Shown in pieces: positions 10,155 to 20,351 of a DNA stretch of 45,223 nt. Both the position numbers and the translations under genes were made by a program. Positions within the stretch are counted from its first letter, which is position 1. Each line of letters starts with the position of its first letter. This DNA is from Promethearchaeota archaeon (lineage in GTDB: Archaea > Asgardarchaeota > Lokiarchaeia > Sigyniarchaeales > SOKP01), in contig JBHLNZ010000023.1 of the NCBI GenBank assembly GCA_048941015.1, positions 1-45,223 on the forward strand, read 5' to 3'. The notes under the pieces are model-generated. The model saw nothing but the letters and a program-made list of their open reading frames with translations. It did no database searches and had not been told where the DNA came from.

Positions 10155-10286
10155 CATGGATTATGTTTTTTGTTTTTGTCTTACACTTAGATAGATATAA
10201 TACTTTAAAAACTTTATTCCTTAAGAAAGAGAAGGGGTATAAGATTTTTTTTCTTTAAATAGTTCTAACTCTAAACTAATCAAGTC

Positions 10287-11054
10287 ATGAGTGGTAACCT
10301 TAAGGCTGTATCTAAAGTCTTTTTTATAACTGGGATCATTCTTCTCTTTATTTCATTATTTATGGATTGGTATTTTTTTCAAGCTACTGATAGTAAAGGA
10401 AATATAGTTATTGTATGGAGTTATTATCTTTTTTATGGCTGGCAAACAACTCTTCCTTCTAATACATTTATTAATGAGTTATATCTTCCCGAAAACGTAT
10501 CTGTTCCTATAATAATTCCGATTTTAATGATTATCTCACTATTGATGGGAGTTTACGGAGTAATTGCTCATGATCTTGAGAAAAAAGTAGATTTTTCTGC
10601 TTTAAGAAAGTATGCGTATGCCAATTTAATAGTTTTATTGATGACTGGATTTTTTATTTTAATATTCCCTGCTTATTATCTTATTTCCAACAATCTCTAT
10701 TATCCCTTTATGAACTTCAATGATATAGATCTTGGTGTACATTTTGTATATCGTATGGGAATTGGCTATTTCATGCAAATAATTGCATTTATTCTAATCT
10801 TTCCCTTTATTATCTTCAATTTTCAAACAATTCGTACTTTTGAAAAGAAAAAACATTCTCCTCGAGCATATATAGCTCAGATACTCGAGCAAGTCAAAGA
10901 AACAATAGACTTGGATAGATTCATTACTGAAGAGAAATTAATCTTAGAAAGGTCCAAGAGTAAGATAGAGAAATCTCCCATTCAAGATACCATCAAAGAA
11001 ACTGAAATTGATCATATTTATCATAAATTTTTAGAATCGAGAAAGGTGATTTGA
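10287..11054 (+). CDS. hypothetical 4-TM membrane protein
   Basis: Four hydrophobic helices and a charged C-terminal tail. Its stop overlaps the next start (TTGATG). Confidence 0.8.
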   Translation: MSGNLKAVSKVFFITGIILLFISLFMDWYFFQATDSKGNIVIVWSYYLFYGWQTTLPSNTFINELYLPENVSVPIIIPILMIISLLMGVYGVIAHDLEKKVDFSALRKYAYANLIVLLMTGFFILIFPAYYLISNNLYYPFMNFNDIDLGVHFVYRMGIGYFMQIIAFILIFPFIIFNFQTIRTFEKKKHSPRAYIAQILEQVKETIDLDRFITEEKLILERSKSKIEKSPIQDTIKETEIDHIYHKFLESRKVI

Positions 11055-11923
11055 TGGAAAATCGTCAATTATTAGATGTGAAACTTAAAAAGTTAATTCA
11101 AGTCTGTAAGCAAACTCTTAATTATAGGAAATTAGCTGTTGTAGGTTTTATTCTTCAGAGTAATCTTATCGATGAGATAGGACTCAAATTAGCATTCCGA
11201 TTACGGAATAAAAGTGCTGGAGAGAAAATATATGAATATATGAAAGCCATTAACGATTTTTTTTGGCATAATTTACAGATTAGTATATTTCGGTCCGATC
11301 TTATTGAAAGCATGAAACGAGTGGAACTTATTTTCTTAGCAAAACGAGGTGATATTTCTATGGATTATATCAAAGAACTTTTTAAAATTTACTTTACCAT
11401 AAGAAATGTTCATATTCCTAATCTTCAAGAAGAAATCACCCTTAATGATTTCACTCAAGAATCACATTTTAATTATTTATCGTTCTTAGCAAAGAGAAAA
11501 CAATCAAAGAACAGTACTGATAAAATTAAACCTCTTTTACTTCACAAAATTTCTCAGAAAGAAGCATTATTACGCGATTCCTATGATGAACAGAACGATG
11601 AAAAAATATTTAGGGATTTATTAAAATTAAATGCTCTTAAAAAATCCATTAAAAGAAGTTCTCCAGGAAAAATTATAATTAACGAAAACTTAACAGATAA
11701 TTTAGTATATCGTGCTTCCCAACAGAATATTATTAAATTTGCTATATGGGGGGTTTTTATTGTTTTTCTTATGATTATAGGCCTCATTCTTTACGAAACA
11801 ATGCTCATTCCTTATCTTACACTGAAATTAAGTCCCGTTTTACTTTTGGGAATAATATCATGCATAATTACATTTTTAATTCATAAAAATTATTGTAAAA
11901 GGAGAAGCTATTCTAATGGTTGA
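11051..11923 (+). CDS. hypothetical protein with two C-terminal TM helices
   Basis: 290 aa, overlaps both neighbours (translational coupling). Confidence 0.8.
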   Translation: MMENRQLLDVKLKKLIQVCKQTLNYRKLAVVGFILQSNLIDEIGLKLAFRLRNKSAGEKIYEYMKAINDFFWHNLQISIFRSDLIESMKRVELIFLAKRGDISMDYIKELFKIYFTIRNVHIPNLQEEITLNDFTQESHFNYLSFLAKRKQSKNSTDKIKPLLLHKISQKEALLRDSYDEQNDEKIFRDLLKLNALKKSIKRSSPGKIIINENLTDNLVYRASQQNIIKFAIWGVFIVFLMIIGLILYETMLIPYLTLKLSPVLLLGIISCIITFLIHKNYCKRRSYSNG

Positions 11924-14900
11924 AATTGATAATGAATCTTTATATAATTCTTCTGCTTCATTAAAAACTAAGAAAAAGGTTCCTAATAATAGAAAACATA
12001 TTAATATCTGGGAAACCTACCCCTCCTATAAAGATATTAGCAAGACACGAGAAAGATTAAAACATACTTTTTTACTTATTCTTGGATTTGGTTATGTTTA
12101 TGCTCTTTTTATAATCACCTCTAATATTATATTCTCTCTTGGCTTGAGTGGCGTTATAATCATTATAGTTATTATGTTAATTCATGACCAATTTTTCTTC
12201 TTTTCACACTTTTTCTCAAAAGGTAATTTTCAACCTTTTGGGAAGTTTATCTTCTGGAAAACGATAGAGGATCCTTTTACAATATTTTATACTCATAGAA
12301 AAGATAATTTTACCGTTGCACTTCGCACCTTTAAAATTACAGTTATTCCTCAAAATATTCATGCAAATATGAGACAATTTATCCAATCACTTAATAGTTT
12401 ATTAATTCCATTTTCATTCCAGGTAATCCAAAAGCCACTTCTTAATGAAGATAAATTTTCCTTTAAAACGATACTGATATTCAATTTATATTATTCTATC
12501 TATGGAAAAATAACCTATTCGAAGCTTCAAGAGCTATTATTAAAATTAAAGAGTTATACTTCTGCATTAGATTCAGGATTAGCAGCTAATTTTCATCATT
12601 TTAAAATATCGAAACTTACTTCTTTAGAAATTATTGATTCCATTCGAGCTTCATTTATACCACAAAACATGTTGGATAAGACTCTTTCTGAAAATGTTCT
12701 CATCAAAAAAAGTCAAACTTATTTTTTAATAGGAAAAATTCTTCTCATGATAAGTATAATTTTTCTCTTAGACCTACTATTTTTCACAAGTTCTATTCCT
12801 ATTTTCGTTAGAATTGGAGTAACTGTTGGAGTCAGTATTTTAATTACAAAACTATTTGCAAGAGAACTTCTCTTTCACCTTTTTACTTCTAAATTTTTTG
12901 CAATGAAAGATATTGAGACTATCAATCCCTTTTCCAATATAGATTTTTATTATTCCTCTCAAACTCCTGACACCATTTTTTTTCATATTGAAGGAAATAT
13001 AACTGGTGGAATAAAAATGGTTAATGTTAAATATATTATCCCTCCTCCTTTTTTTTTCTCTAGTAAATTCTATCTCGGTCTGATTAAGGAAAAAATACCC
13101 TTTACATCCTCTTTTATAACGGCACCCATGAGTTATTACGAATTTGAAAAAGAAGGCTATGAATATTTACAGGAAAAAGAAAAGAAGATCCATCTTAAAA
13201 TGATTAAAACCGAAGCCGATGAAAATAATTGGTTATCTCAAAGATCGGGAGTATGGAAAACCATCATTACTTTTTCTACCTCCTGTGTTCAATTTAGTAC
13301 TAAACTTGAGATGAATCAACTAATTGACATTGAATTGGCACTCCAAACACAGATACAAAATTTAATAATTAATTTTAAAGGAAATTTTAATAATTTTATT
13401 CTTGAGCCACTACGATCTACTCATTTGATATCTGGATTCCAAGTAGAAGTATTAAAGAACAAATCGATTCGATTTGTGGGCTCTCATTTAAATTATATTC
13501 TCATGCAGGGTCGAACACTTACTAAACTAATCGATATAGTGGATGAATTTAAAAAAGGGATGGATACTCGTATTGCCGCGGAGTTTAACAGTCCCCTTCA
13601 ATTAGAAAGTTCTGTAACTATTGGGAATACCATTAATACCGAATTTTTAAAAGAAGAAATACCCGCGGGATTTAACTTACAACAACTTCATAGCTTACTA
13701 ATTATGAACGGAACAATTCAGAGCAGAGAGCATACTGCCATGAAACTGATTTTAGGACTTATTCAGGATAGCTTTCCTGTGCTGATTTTTGATTTTTACG
13801 GGGAATGGACAGGTATTATTAACTATTTTCAAAAAACAGAATATGCAAAAAATTTTCTCTATTTTAAATTAGGAAAAACTCTTAATTTACATCCCTTGAG
13901 TTCAGAAATACTCTATGATAAAGATAATATTAAATATCTGGACTATATGATTGATGCTTATGGATTATGTTTTAAGAAAGATGAAAAAACGATGGAGATG
14001 TTTCGTAACACTATTATTCGTAATGCTGATACCGCTTTGTCTACATTAAAATTAGATCTTACCACTAAACGGGAATGGGAGAAAAATCCTGTCACTGATG
14101 AATTGATTGGATTCTTACAAGGATTTTCAGAGCAAGATTTGATTTTCTTCAGACCGATAAAAAACGAGCAAGAAGAGATAATAAAACCTTATGAGTTTAT
14201 TACCAGTGATAAATCTATTATCATTGACTTATCCCAATCACCCGATCTTGTTAAGAAATGCTTTTTTATGATGGTTATTTTATCTAAATGTATTCATTAT
14301 TTAAATACCGAAGGGGAATACGTTTCTAAATTTTTGTATATTCCACATATTGATATGATCTTCGATAATTTTCATCTTGATAAGCATATAAAGTATGGGA
14401 AAATCGATAAATTCTTTCAACCATTAACTCGCCGAGATTTTGGACTCATTTGCTCTTGTGCCCAAAATCATTATTTGCATCCTAATCTTTTCAATAGTTA
14501 TTTTAATAACTACATTTCCTTTAAAACAATTGATAATCGAGATATTGCTCAGCTTAAAAACATCTTAAATTTAGAAGAAATCCATGGTCAAGGAATCTAT
14601 AGTAAAACTAGAAACGAGAGCTATCAGATTAAATATTTAATGAGTATGCAACCTGAGGAAGCATTAATCAAGCGATCAGATCTTCATCAACCATTCCCAG
14701 TTAAAATTGATATTTCAGAAGTGAATCTACTTCCTAAAATGGAATGGGAAGATATTATAAAATATATGAGAACTCAAGGATACGATTTAGAACATACTGA
14801 GCGTGCTATACTCCAGCAGAGAAAAAAAACCATTCTTGAAAAAGATTTTGGAGATTATGTGGTCTTAATTGATCCAATCATTAAATTTCTAAGAAACATT

Positions 14901-15638
14901 GCCATTGTTGATAAAATTGGTAATTTATATTTAACCAAAATAAAAGAAGAGCTAAAAAAATCTTTACACCCAGTCCTTTCGACCATTACCAATGATAAAC
15001 AACGAATAAAAGAGATGAGATCTAAGATATTGGAGATATTATTAACTCAAGAATACTTGGTAGAAAATCATCCTAAACGAGCGAGTGGTAGTGAATCAAT
15101 TCGAACTTCCTATTCAGTTGGAATTCATTTCCAGAAAGCATTAGATGATTATTTCAATACCCAAAGAGAAATTCAAACCCTTCCTGAAATAGAGGTTGTT
15201 GAATCTGATTCTTATTCAAAAGATATCCTGGCTAATTTACCTTTTAATGAAGAAGAACAAGCACAGTTAACAGAAGCGTTAGCAAAAGAAATAGCAGATT
15301 CACTTTATTGGGAATTATTTATGCTTCATAAACATCTAGCACGGAACAATACCAAAAAAGTAGCGGAAATTGCTACTAACTTTGTCAAACGCTTTTTTCA
15401 TCGTCTCTTTCACCGTTATTATAATGTGAATTATGCAGTTGTAGATCGTGATATCGAAAATTTCATAAGCTTTATAACGCGTATTGATAGATTTCCCTTT
15501 ACTAAAAAAGAACTTAATGTTTATTTAAAGAAGTATATGCGAGTTTCTGAGAATGAAACAAAAGAGTTTTATGCAACATTGTATCAAGAATTAAGTAGTT
15601 TTTTCAAAAGACTTCAAAACTTTATTAATCAAGCTTAA
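11916..15638 (+). CDS. membrane-anchored HerA/VirB4-like P-loop protein with degenerate Walker motifs
   Basis: Two TM pairs, each followed by a similar alpha/beta domain. Then HSLLIMNGTIQSREH (Walker A position), VLIFDFYGEW, KSIIIDLS, KFLYIPHID (Walker B position), GLICSCAQ, NNYISFK, MQPEEALI, in HerA/VirB4 motif order. Confidence 0.65.
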   Translation: MVEIDNESLYNSSASLKTKKKVPNNRKHINIWETYPSYKDISKTRERLKHTFLLILGFGYVYALFIITSNIIFSLGLSGVIIIIVIMLIHDQFFFFSHFFSKGNFQPFGKFIFWKTIEDPFTIFYTHRKDNFTVALRTFKITVIPQNIHANMRQFIQSLNSLLIPFSFQVIQKPLLNEDKFSFKTILIFNLYYSIYGKITYSKLQELLLKLKSYTSALDSGLAANFHHFKISKLTSLEIIDSIRASFIPQNMLDKTLSENVLIKKSQTYFLIGKILLMISIIFLLDLLFFTSSIPIFVRIGVTVGVSILITKLFARELLFHLFTSKFFAMKDIETINPFSNIDFYYSSQTPDTIFFHIEGNITGGIKMVNVKYIIPPPFFFSSKFYLGLIKEKIPFTSSFITAPMSYYEFEKEGYEYLQEKEKKIHLKMIKTEADENNWLSQRSGVWKTIITFSTSCVQFSTKLEMNQLIDIELALQTQIQNLIINFKGNFNNFILEPLRSTHLISGFQVEVLKNKSIRFVGSHLNYILMQGRTLTKLIDIVDEFKKGMDTRIAAEFNSPLQLESSVTIGNTINTEFLKEEIPAGFNLQQLHSLLIMNGTIQSREHTAMKLILGLIQDSFPVLIFDFYGEWTGIINYFQKTEYAKNFLYFKLGKTLNLHPLSSEILYDKDNIKYLDYMIDAYGLCFKKDEKTMEMFRNTIIRNADTALSTLKLDLTTKREWEKNPVTDELIGFLQGFSEQDLIFFRPIKNEQEEIIKPYEFITSDKSIIIDLSQSPDLVKKCFFMMVILSKCIHYLNTEGEYVSKFLYIPHIDMIFDNFHLDKHIKYGKIDKFFQPLTRRDFGLICSCAQNHYLHPNLFNSYFNNYISFKTIDNRDIAQLKNILNLEEIHGQGIYSKTRNESYQIKYLMSMQPEEALIKRSDLHQPFPVKIDISEVNLLPKMEWEDIIKYMRTQGYDLEHTERAILQQRKKTILEKDFGDYVVLIDPIIKFLRNIAIVDKIGNLYLTKIKEELKKSLHPVLSTITNDKQRIKEMRSKILEILLTQEYLVENHPKRASGSESIRTSYSVGIHFQKALDDYFNTQREIQTLPEIEVVESDSYSKDILANLPFNEEEQAQLTEALAKEIADSLYWELFMLHKHLARNNTKKVAEIATNFVKRFFHRLFHRYYNVNYAVVDRDIENFISFITRIDRFPFTKKELNVYLKKYMRVSENETKEFYATLYQELSSFFKRLQNFINQA

Positions 15639-15649
15639 AGGAGAATATT

Positions 15650-16006
15650 ATGAATTCAGCATCAAAGGATGAAAAATTATATGGCCTACTAGAAAAAATA
15701 CTATTTAATACAATTGAATTTGATAGTTTAAAAGCTACTATACATGAAGTTAGTTTGGGTAAAAAGCCCACCAAAATATTAAGAGAACAGATCATTCAAG
15801 AAAAAATACGTATCTTAGAGGATTTAGTGGATTTTTTCTATTTTTATGTTCAATATTCAACTCAATATAATAAACACCTATCATCAGACATCTCTTTTGA
15901 AGAAAAAGTAACTCTTGTGCAAAAAATAAATGAACGGGAAGAATTACTTGAAATAATTGCAAAAAAATTAAACAAACTGACGAATAACACCTTTGATAAT
16001 CTATGA
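15650..16006 (+). CDS. small helical hypothetical protein
   Basis: 118 aa, AAGGAG ribosome-binding site upstream, last gene of the operon. Confidence 0.7.
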   Translation: MNSASKDEKLYGLLEKILFNTIEFDSLKATIHEVSLGKKPTKILREQIIQEKIRILEDLVDFFYFYVQYSTQYNKHLSSDISFEEKVTLVQKINEREELLEIIAKKLNKLTNNTFDNL

Positions 16007-16249
16007 AGCCTATAAAGAATTGTTTAATATTGTCAAATACTTATTCTTTATAAGATGGAAGATATTTTCTTATCAAGAAATCCCAATAAAGTGGATCATC
16101 AAACCCGTCGCCACTATAATACATTAGAAAGTCTTGCTCTTCCATTGTTTCATATATAGTTTCAGTTTCGATTTCTAACATTTATCTCATTTTAAGTGAT
16201 TAATATAACTATAGTCAATTTGATCTGGATCTATTTAAAGAAAAATATT

Positions 16250-16278
16250 AACGAAAAGTGTATCAACGAAAAGTATAT
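16250..16278. repeat. 14-bp tandem direct repeat AACGAAAAGT(G/A)TAT
   Basis: Copies at 16250-16263 and 16265-16278, intergenic. Confidence 0.5.
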
Positions 16279-16292
16279 GATGATCTAATATA

Positions 16293-16553
16293 CTACGTGA
16301 TCTTCTTCCTTACTTGTTTATCCTTTACCATATGCCATATTGCTGGAAATATACATAACATAAAAATAATAAATGCAATTACAAAGATTACAACCCTCAC
16401 AATATTTAATAATACAGGATTGGTGGATCCTCTATAAAATATTCCTAAGGTTATTAATGAAATGACAATAGGAATCCCGATACAAAAAAGACACCCCGCT
16501 AACTCCTTTATTTTCGACCCTTTTTCTTGTGGAGGTTTATTAATTTCATTCAT
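16293..16553 (-). CDS. small 2-TM membrane protein
   Basis: 86 aa with two clear hydrophobic helices. Confidence 0.7.
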   Translation of the reverse strand: MNEINKPPQEKGSKIKELAGCLFCIGIPIVISLITLGIFYRGSTNPVLLNIVRVVIFVIAFIIFMLCIFPAIWHMVKDKQVRKKIT

Positions 16554-16812
16554 TAGGTATTATTATAAAAAAAAATGACTTTATAAGCCTTACGTTAAAA
16601 AAGTAAGTTTTATAGAATTCTAAATTAAAATCTGACTGATAATCAATTTGCGTATTTGAGGTTCTTTCAAGAGGTTTATCACAATACAGACATTTCTTAT
16701 TATAGACTTAATAAAGGAGAAGTATCAGTTTGATATCAAAACAAAATGTAAATTTTTCTCTTTAAATATAATTGTTGTATAATAAGAGAAAATAGTCCCT
16801 ATATAACAAATT

Positions 16813-17991
16813 ATGATTTCCCAAGAAAATGTTCCTTCTCAAGAACGAGTATATCCCTTTTTTATTGAACAATATTTAGATAGCAGTTTTGAACTTCAAC
16901 GGGTAACCCCCATCAGAAAATTTACTCCTCGTTTATCAATAGCTAAACCTGAAGATGCATATATTTTAGCAGATATCTGCAAAGAAGTCTATGAGAATTC
17001 ATATCCTTATCGTGAAATGGAAGATCCTACTTATGTACGAAAGATGATTCAGAGTCCTGAACATCATTTTGTCATTTTCAAAACCAAAGAAGGAGAACCA
17101 GCTGGGTGTTTTCGATGTGCCTTAGACTTTAAGCAAAAAAAAGGATATATGGGTGGTTTTATGGTTCGACCTAAATTCCAAGGGGAGTTAGATGTCGTAA
17201 AAGCTATCATGTTATCTTATATCTGGATGTGGACAACGTTTAAAAATAAGATATTAGTATGGTGGTGTGAAAATCGGACTGCCCAAACCGCTTCCCAATA
17301 TATAACAGCTGTATGCGGGATTCATACCGTTGCATTTTTCCCTAATAAGGACATATTTTATAATCAAATTGAGTCGGATGTTATGGGTATGATCTTTGTA
17401 AAAAGAGCATTAAGAGAGATGAGAAAAAAGAAAAGACCCAAATTTATTAAATCCGCATTAAATTGCTTTCTTTATACTAATAATCTCTATAATTTAGGTC
17501 GATTTAAAATAGAAAAGCCTAATTATTTTTTAGATAATTCAAAGATTAAACAATTTCAAAAGAGGTTAAAGAAAAAGGTATTGATTGATGAATATGGTTA
17601 TAAATATGTTACCTTTACAATTGAGGGAACTGATTCATACTTGAGTTTCATTCATACTACTCATCTTAAGAATTTTGAAAAAGCTAAATATAAAGTATCT
17701 TGTATAGAAGAATTTTATTTATTTGTGAAGCAAATAAAAAAAAGTATGAAAGAATTCAATATTCGGTATTGTGAATTATTTTTATCTGCCTATAAACCGG
17801 AATATCAACAAATAGTTTATGATGAAGGTTTTCGAGCCAGAGGATATATCCCGTGTTGGTATTATGATAAAGAATTCGATGAGTTTGAGGATGCCATAGT
17901 ATTTAATTATTATAAAGGAAACCTAGAACATCTTAATCTCCTTTCTGAAGGTCAGAAGTTAGTTAAAACCCTCAATTCTGTCTATCAATGA
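16813..17991 (+). CDS. tandem GNAT-fold acyltransferase-like protein
   Basis: AKPEDA..LA....EVYENSYPY, GGFMVRPKFQG (acyl-CoA binding motif A), second degenerate GNAT half ending GFRARGYIP. Confidence 0.7.
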   Translation: MISQENVPSQERVYPFFIEQYLDSSFELQRVTPIRKFTPRLSIAKPEDAYILADICKEVYENSYPYREMEDPTYVRKMIQSPEHHFVIFKTKEGEPAGCFRCALDFKQKKGYMGGFMVRPKFQGELDVVKAIMLSYIWMWTTFKNKILVWWCENRTAQTASQYITAVCGIHTVAFFPNKDIFYNQIESDVMGMIFVKRALREMRKKKRPKFIKSALNCFLYTNNLYNLGRFKIEKPNYFLDNSKIKQFQKRLKKKVLIDEYGYKYVTFTIEGTDSYLSFIHTTHLKNFEKAKYKVSCIEEFYLFVKQIKKSMKEFNIRYCELFLSAYKPEYQQIVYDEGFRARGYIPCWYYDKEFDEFEDAIVFNYYKGNLEHLNLLSEGQKLVKTLNSVYQ

Positions 17992-18024
17992 AAACTCTTT
18001 TAATATAGAGAAAAAAAGTAAAAT

Positions 18025-18879
18025 TTAAAGTGAAGCATTGAAAAATTTCAGTCTCATATAATCGAATCCTACTATATTTGGAGCAAGAACTTTTGGTTTT
18101 ATTTGTAGTATTCCTGCGAAAATAATATCTATTGCAATGTAATTAGCGCTAAGACGAACAAAAGGAGCAAACGATCGTGCTCCAATTTCTCCCGTCATCA
18201 TTTGTTCAAAAGCACCTGGCTCTCGATCATAGGATTCCTTTACGCCAGGAATACGAAATACCTGAGGAAGGAAAGCTTTGTATGTTTGAAAATCACTATC
18301 TTGTTTCATACCATACATTTGGTTAAATGAAAGGTGATGAGTATTTAAGTTATAACATGATTCGTAATCAATACTTTCTTTAGTAAACCACCATGAAAAC
18401 AGAAAAGGGACTCCCCATGATTCAACCATTGGAATATTCCGCTTTCGACATTCTCTCGCAATCAGTATTGATGTAATTGGATCATCTAATGATAATGCTA
18501 CTGCACTTACTTCATTAAGCAGTAAGGAAATATTTGAAAGATTAATTTCAAGTGTTTTGGTTATATTCATCTCAGGATCTATGTTCTTTAGACGTTCTTC
18601 AACTATATCAATTTTATTTTTACCTATATCCTCCAAGGTACAGATTTGACGATTTAAATTACTTTCATCAAATATATCATAATCTGCTATGACTAAATTT
18701 TGACATCCAGCACGTACTAACTGCTCAGTTAATGATCCTCCTAACCCCCCTACACCAAATACAGCGATCTTTGATACTCTTAATTGCTCTTGTTCGGAAA
18801 ATTTAACCGGGCCAATATTTCGGGTAATATGATTCCAATAAGCATCGGTCCACATTTCATATTTTTGATTAGTAAACAT
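18025..18879 (-). CDS. ThiF/E1-like adenylyltransferase lacking Zn-binding CxxC pairs
   Basis: IAVFGVGGLGG, IADYDIFDESNLNRQ, IGKNK. Confidence 0.9.
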   Translation of the reverse strand: MFTNQKYEMWTDAYWNHITRNIGPVKFSEQEQLRVSKIAVFGVGGLGGSLTEQLVRAGCQNLVIADYDIFDESNLNRQICTLEDIGKNKIDIVEERLKNIDPEMNITKTLEINLSNISLLLNEVSAVALSLDDPITSILIARECRKRNIPMVESWGVPFLFSWWFTKESIDYESCYNLNTHHLSFNQMYGMKQDSDFQTYKAFLPQVFRIPGVKESYDREPGAFEQMMTGEIGARSFAPFVRLSANYIAIDIIFAGILQIKPKVLAPNIVGFDYMRLKFFNASL

Positions 18880-19053
18880 TTTCTCATTGTATTAATAACA
18901 TTAAATAAAGTTACCTCTCTATATGCTGAATCTATTTAAAAAAAAAAGATTCTAATTGAGATGTTTGGAAGGTAGATGATAGAAGGTTTAAAATCGGGAA
19001 ATTTAATTTAGTAATTTCTAAATAAGAAATAAACCAATTAAAAAGAAAGTAGG

Positions 19054-20223
19054 TTATTTTAATTTATTTGCTTTTATTAGTTCAATGTTTTTAATGATGC
19101 GATGATGATTTGGATCAGCTGTTCTTTGTTGTTCTATTTTTTCGATTAATTCTTGTTTAGAAAGTCCTAGCTTCTCAAAAAATTGTCGTAAACCTTCCAC
19201 ATTAAATGAACCATTAATAATGGATTTTCCAATCTGTTTATAAAGCCTTAACCAATCCTTTCTACTTTTTCTACGAATTTCATCATCATTTTCTTGACGA
19301 ATCAGCTCAGCATACTGTAAAGCATAGGTAACACCACCATATCGAAACATATCATATAATAATGCCGCTTTTACTACATGACAATTAGTAAGGACGGGGT
19401 CTCCTTTTCCAATTTCTATTAAACCCTTACTTTCTATTCTTTGAATGATTTCTGATTCATCATATTCGATTACATGATATGGATAGAGAACTCTTGGTAA
19501 TATATTAGTAGAAATCTCTTTAGGTGTTAGATACCATTTAAAATCTTTTTCAGCATAAATAGTTTCAAGTTGAGAAGGGATGCTCCCATCTATAATTACA
19601 TCTAAAATTGGAGTCTCATAAAAGTATCGAGCAATTTGATCAGGGGAGAACCCTATTATTACATATGGGATCTTACGCTTTATCGCTTCCTTTATTATTA
19701 TAGTATGAATTAAATCCGTACATTTATGACAAATGTCTACTGTTAAACTCTTTTCGTTTGATTGATGATGAAAGAAAAAATGTTTATATAGTTTTGAGAA
19801 GGTTGGAGTAGCGCCTTCAATTAAAATATGATCTTTAAAAAGATTCATTTTTTTTAATGTATCTCTAATATTTTTTTTAGCGATCTTGGTCATAAAACTT
19901 GTATCAACCGTAATTAGAAATGGTTTCAAATTATATTCATTTATAAAAGTATCAACAAGTGCCGTGGAGTCTTTTCCTCCTGAATATCCTATTACGCAAT
20001 CATATTTCTCTATATTATGATTTTTTTGCATTGAATTTACTACTCTTTTCCAATCTTCATAAGCATCCTTGCGTTCTTGATAGTCGATATGAATTTTTGA
20101 CCAATTAGGATTCTTATGATTTGGATCAGAACAAAAATCACATAGCCCATTATCGTTAATATGTATACCCAGAAATCCATCAACTAAAATACAATTTTTA
20201 CAGATTACATGTTCTTCAGTCAT
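19054..20223 (-). CDS. PP-loop ATP pyrophosphatase (N-acetyl-sugar amidotransferase/WbpG-like) with N-terminal Cys cluster
   Basis: CKNC...GLCDFC, YDCVIGYSGGKDST, CHKC, TNC. Confidence 0.8.
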   Translation of the reverse strand: MTEEHVICKNCILVDGFLGIHINDNGLCDFCSDPNHKNPNWSKIHIDYQERKDAYEDWKRVVNSMQKNHNIEKYDCVIGYSGGKDSTALVDTFINEYNLKPFLITVDTSFMTKIAKKNIRDTLKKMNLFKDHILIEGATPTFSKLYKHFFFHHQSNEKSLTVDICHKCTDLIHTIIIKEAIKRKIPYVIIGFSPDQIARYFYETPILDVIIDGSIPSQLETIYAEKDFKWYLTPKEISTNILPRVLYPYHVIEYDESEIIQRIESKGLIEIGKGDPVLTNCHVVKAALLYDMFRYGGVTYALQYAELIRQENDDEIRRKSRKDWLRLYKQIGKSIINGSFNVEGLRQFFEKLGLSKQELIEKIEQQRTADPNHHRIIKNIELIKANKLK

Positions 20224-20351
20224 TTTATAAACCTTTACGTGGTCAATATTCGCTAAATATTCACTAAATATTTAAAGAAAAAAATTTCATAATTTTTTTT
20301 TTATATATTTTCAAAAAGAAGTTCTATAAAATAGATATAAGGTAAACTTAA

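Noticed and set aside
8766-16006. Integrated conjugative element or provirus
   Set aside because: No integrase, relaxase, att repeats or capsid genes were seen, and composition looks like the flanks.
16040-16190. Short minus-strand frames (36-aa MLEIETET...; fragment CYYSGDGFDDPLYWDFL...)
   Set aside because: Too short and interrupted. Possibly a gene remnant, but not supportable.
18025-18879. ThiF protein as a ubiquitin-system E1
   Set aside because: No adjacent ubiquitin-like, E2, E3 or JAB genes, and it lacks the Zn-binding CxxC motifs.
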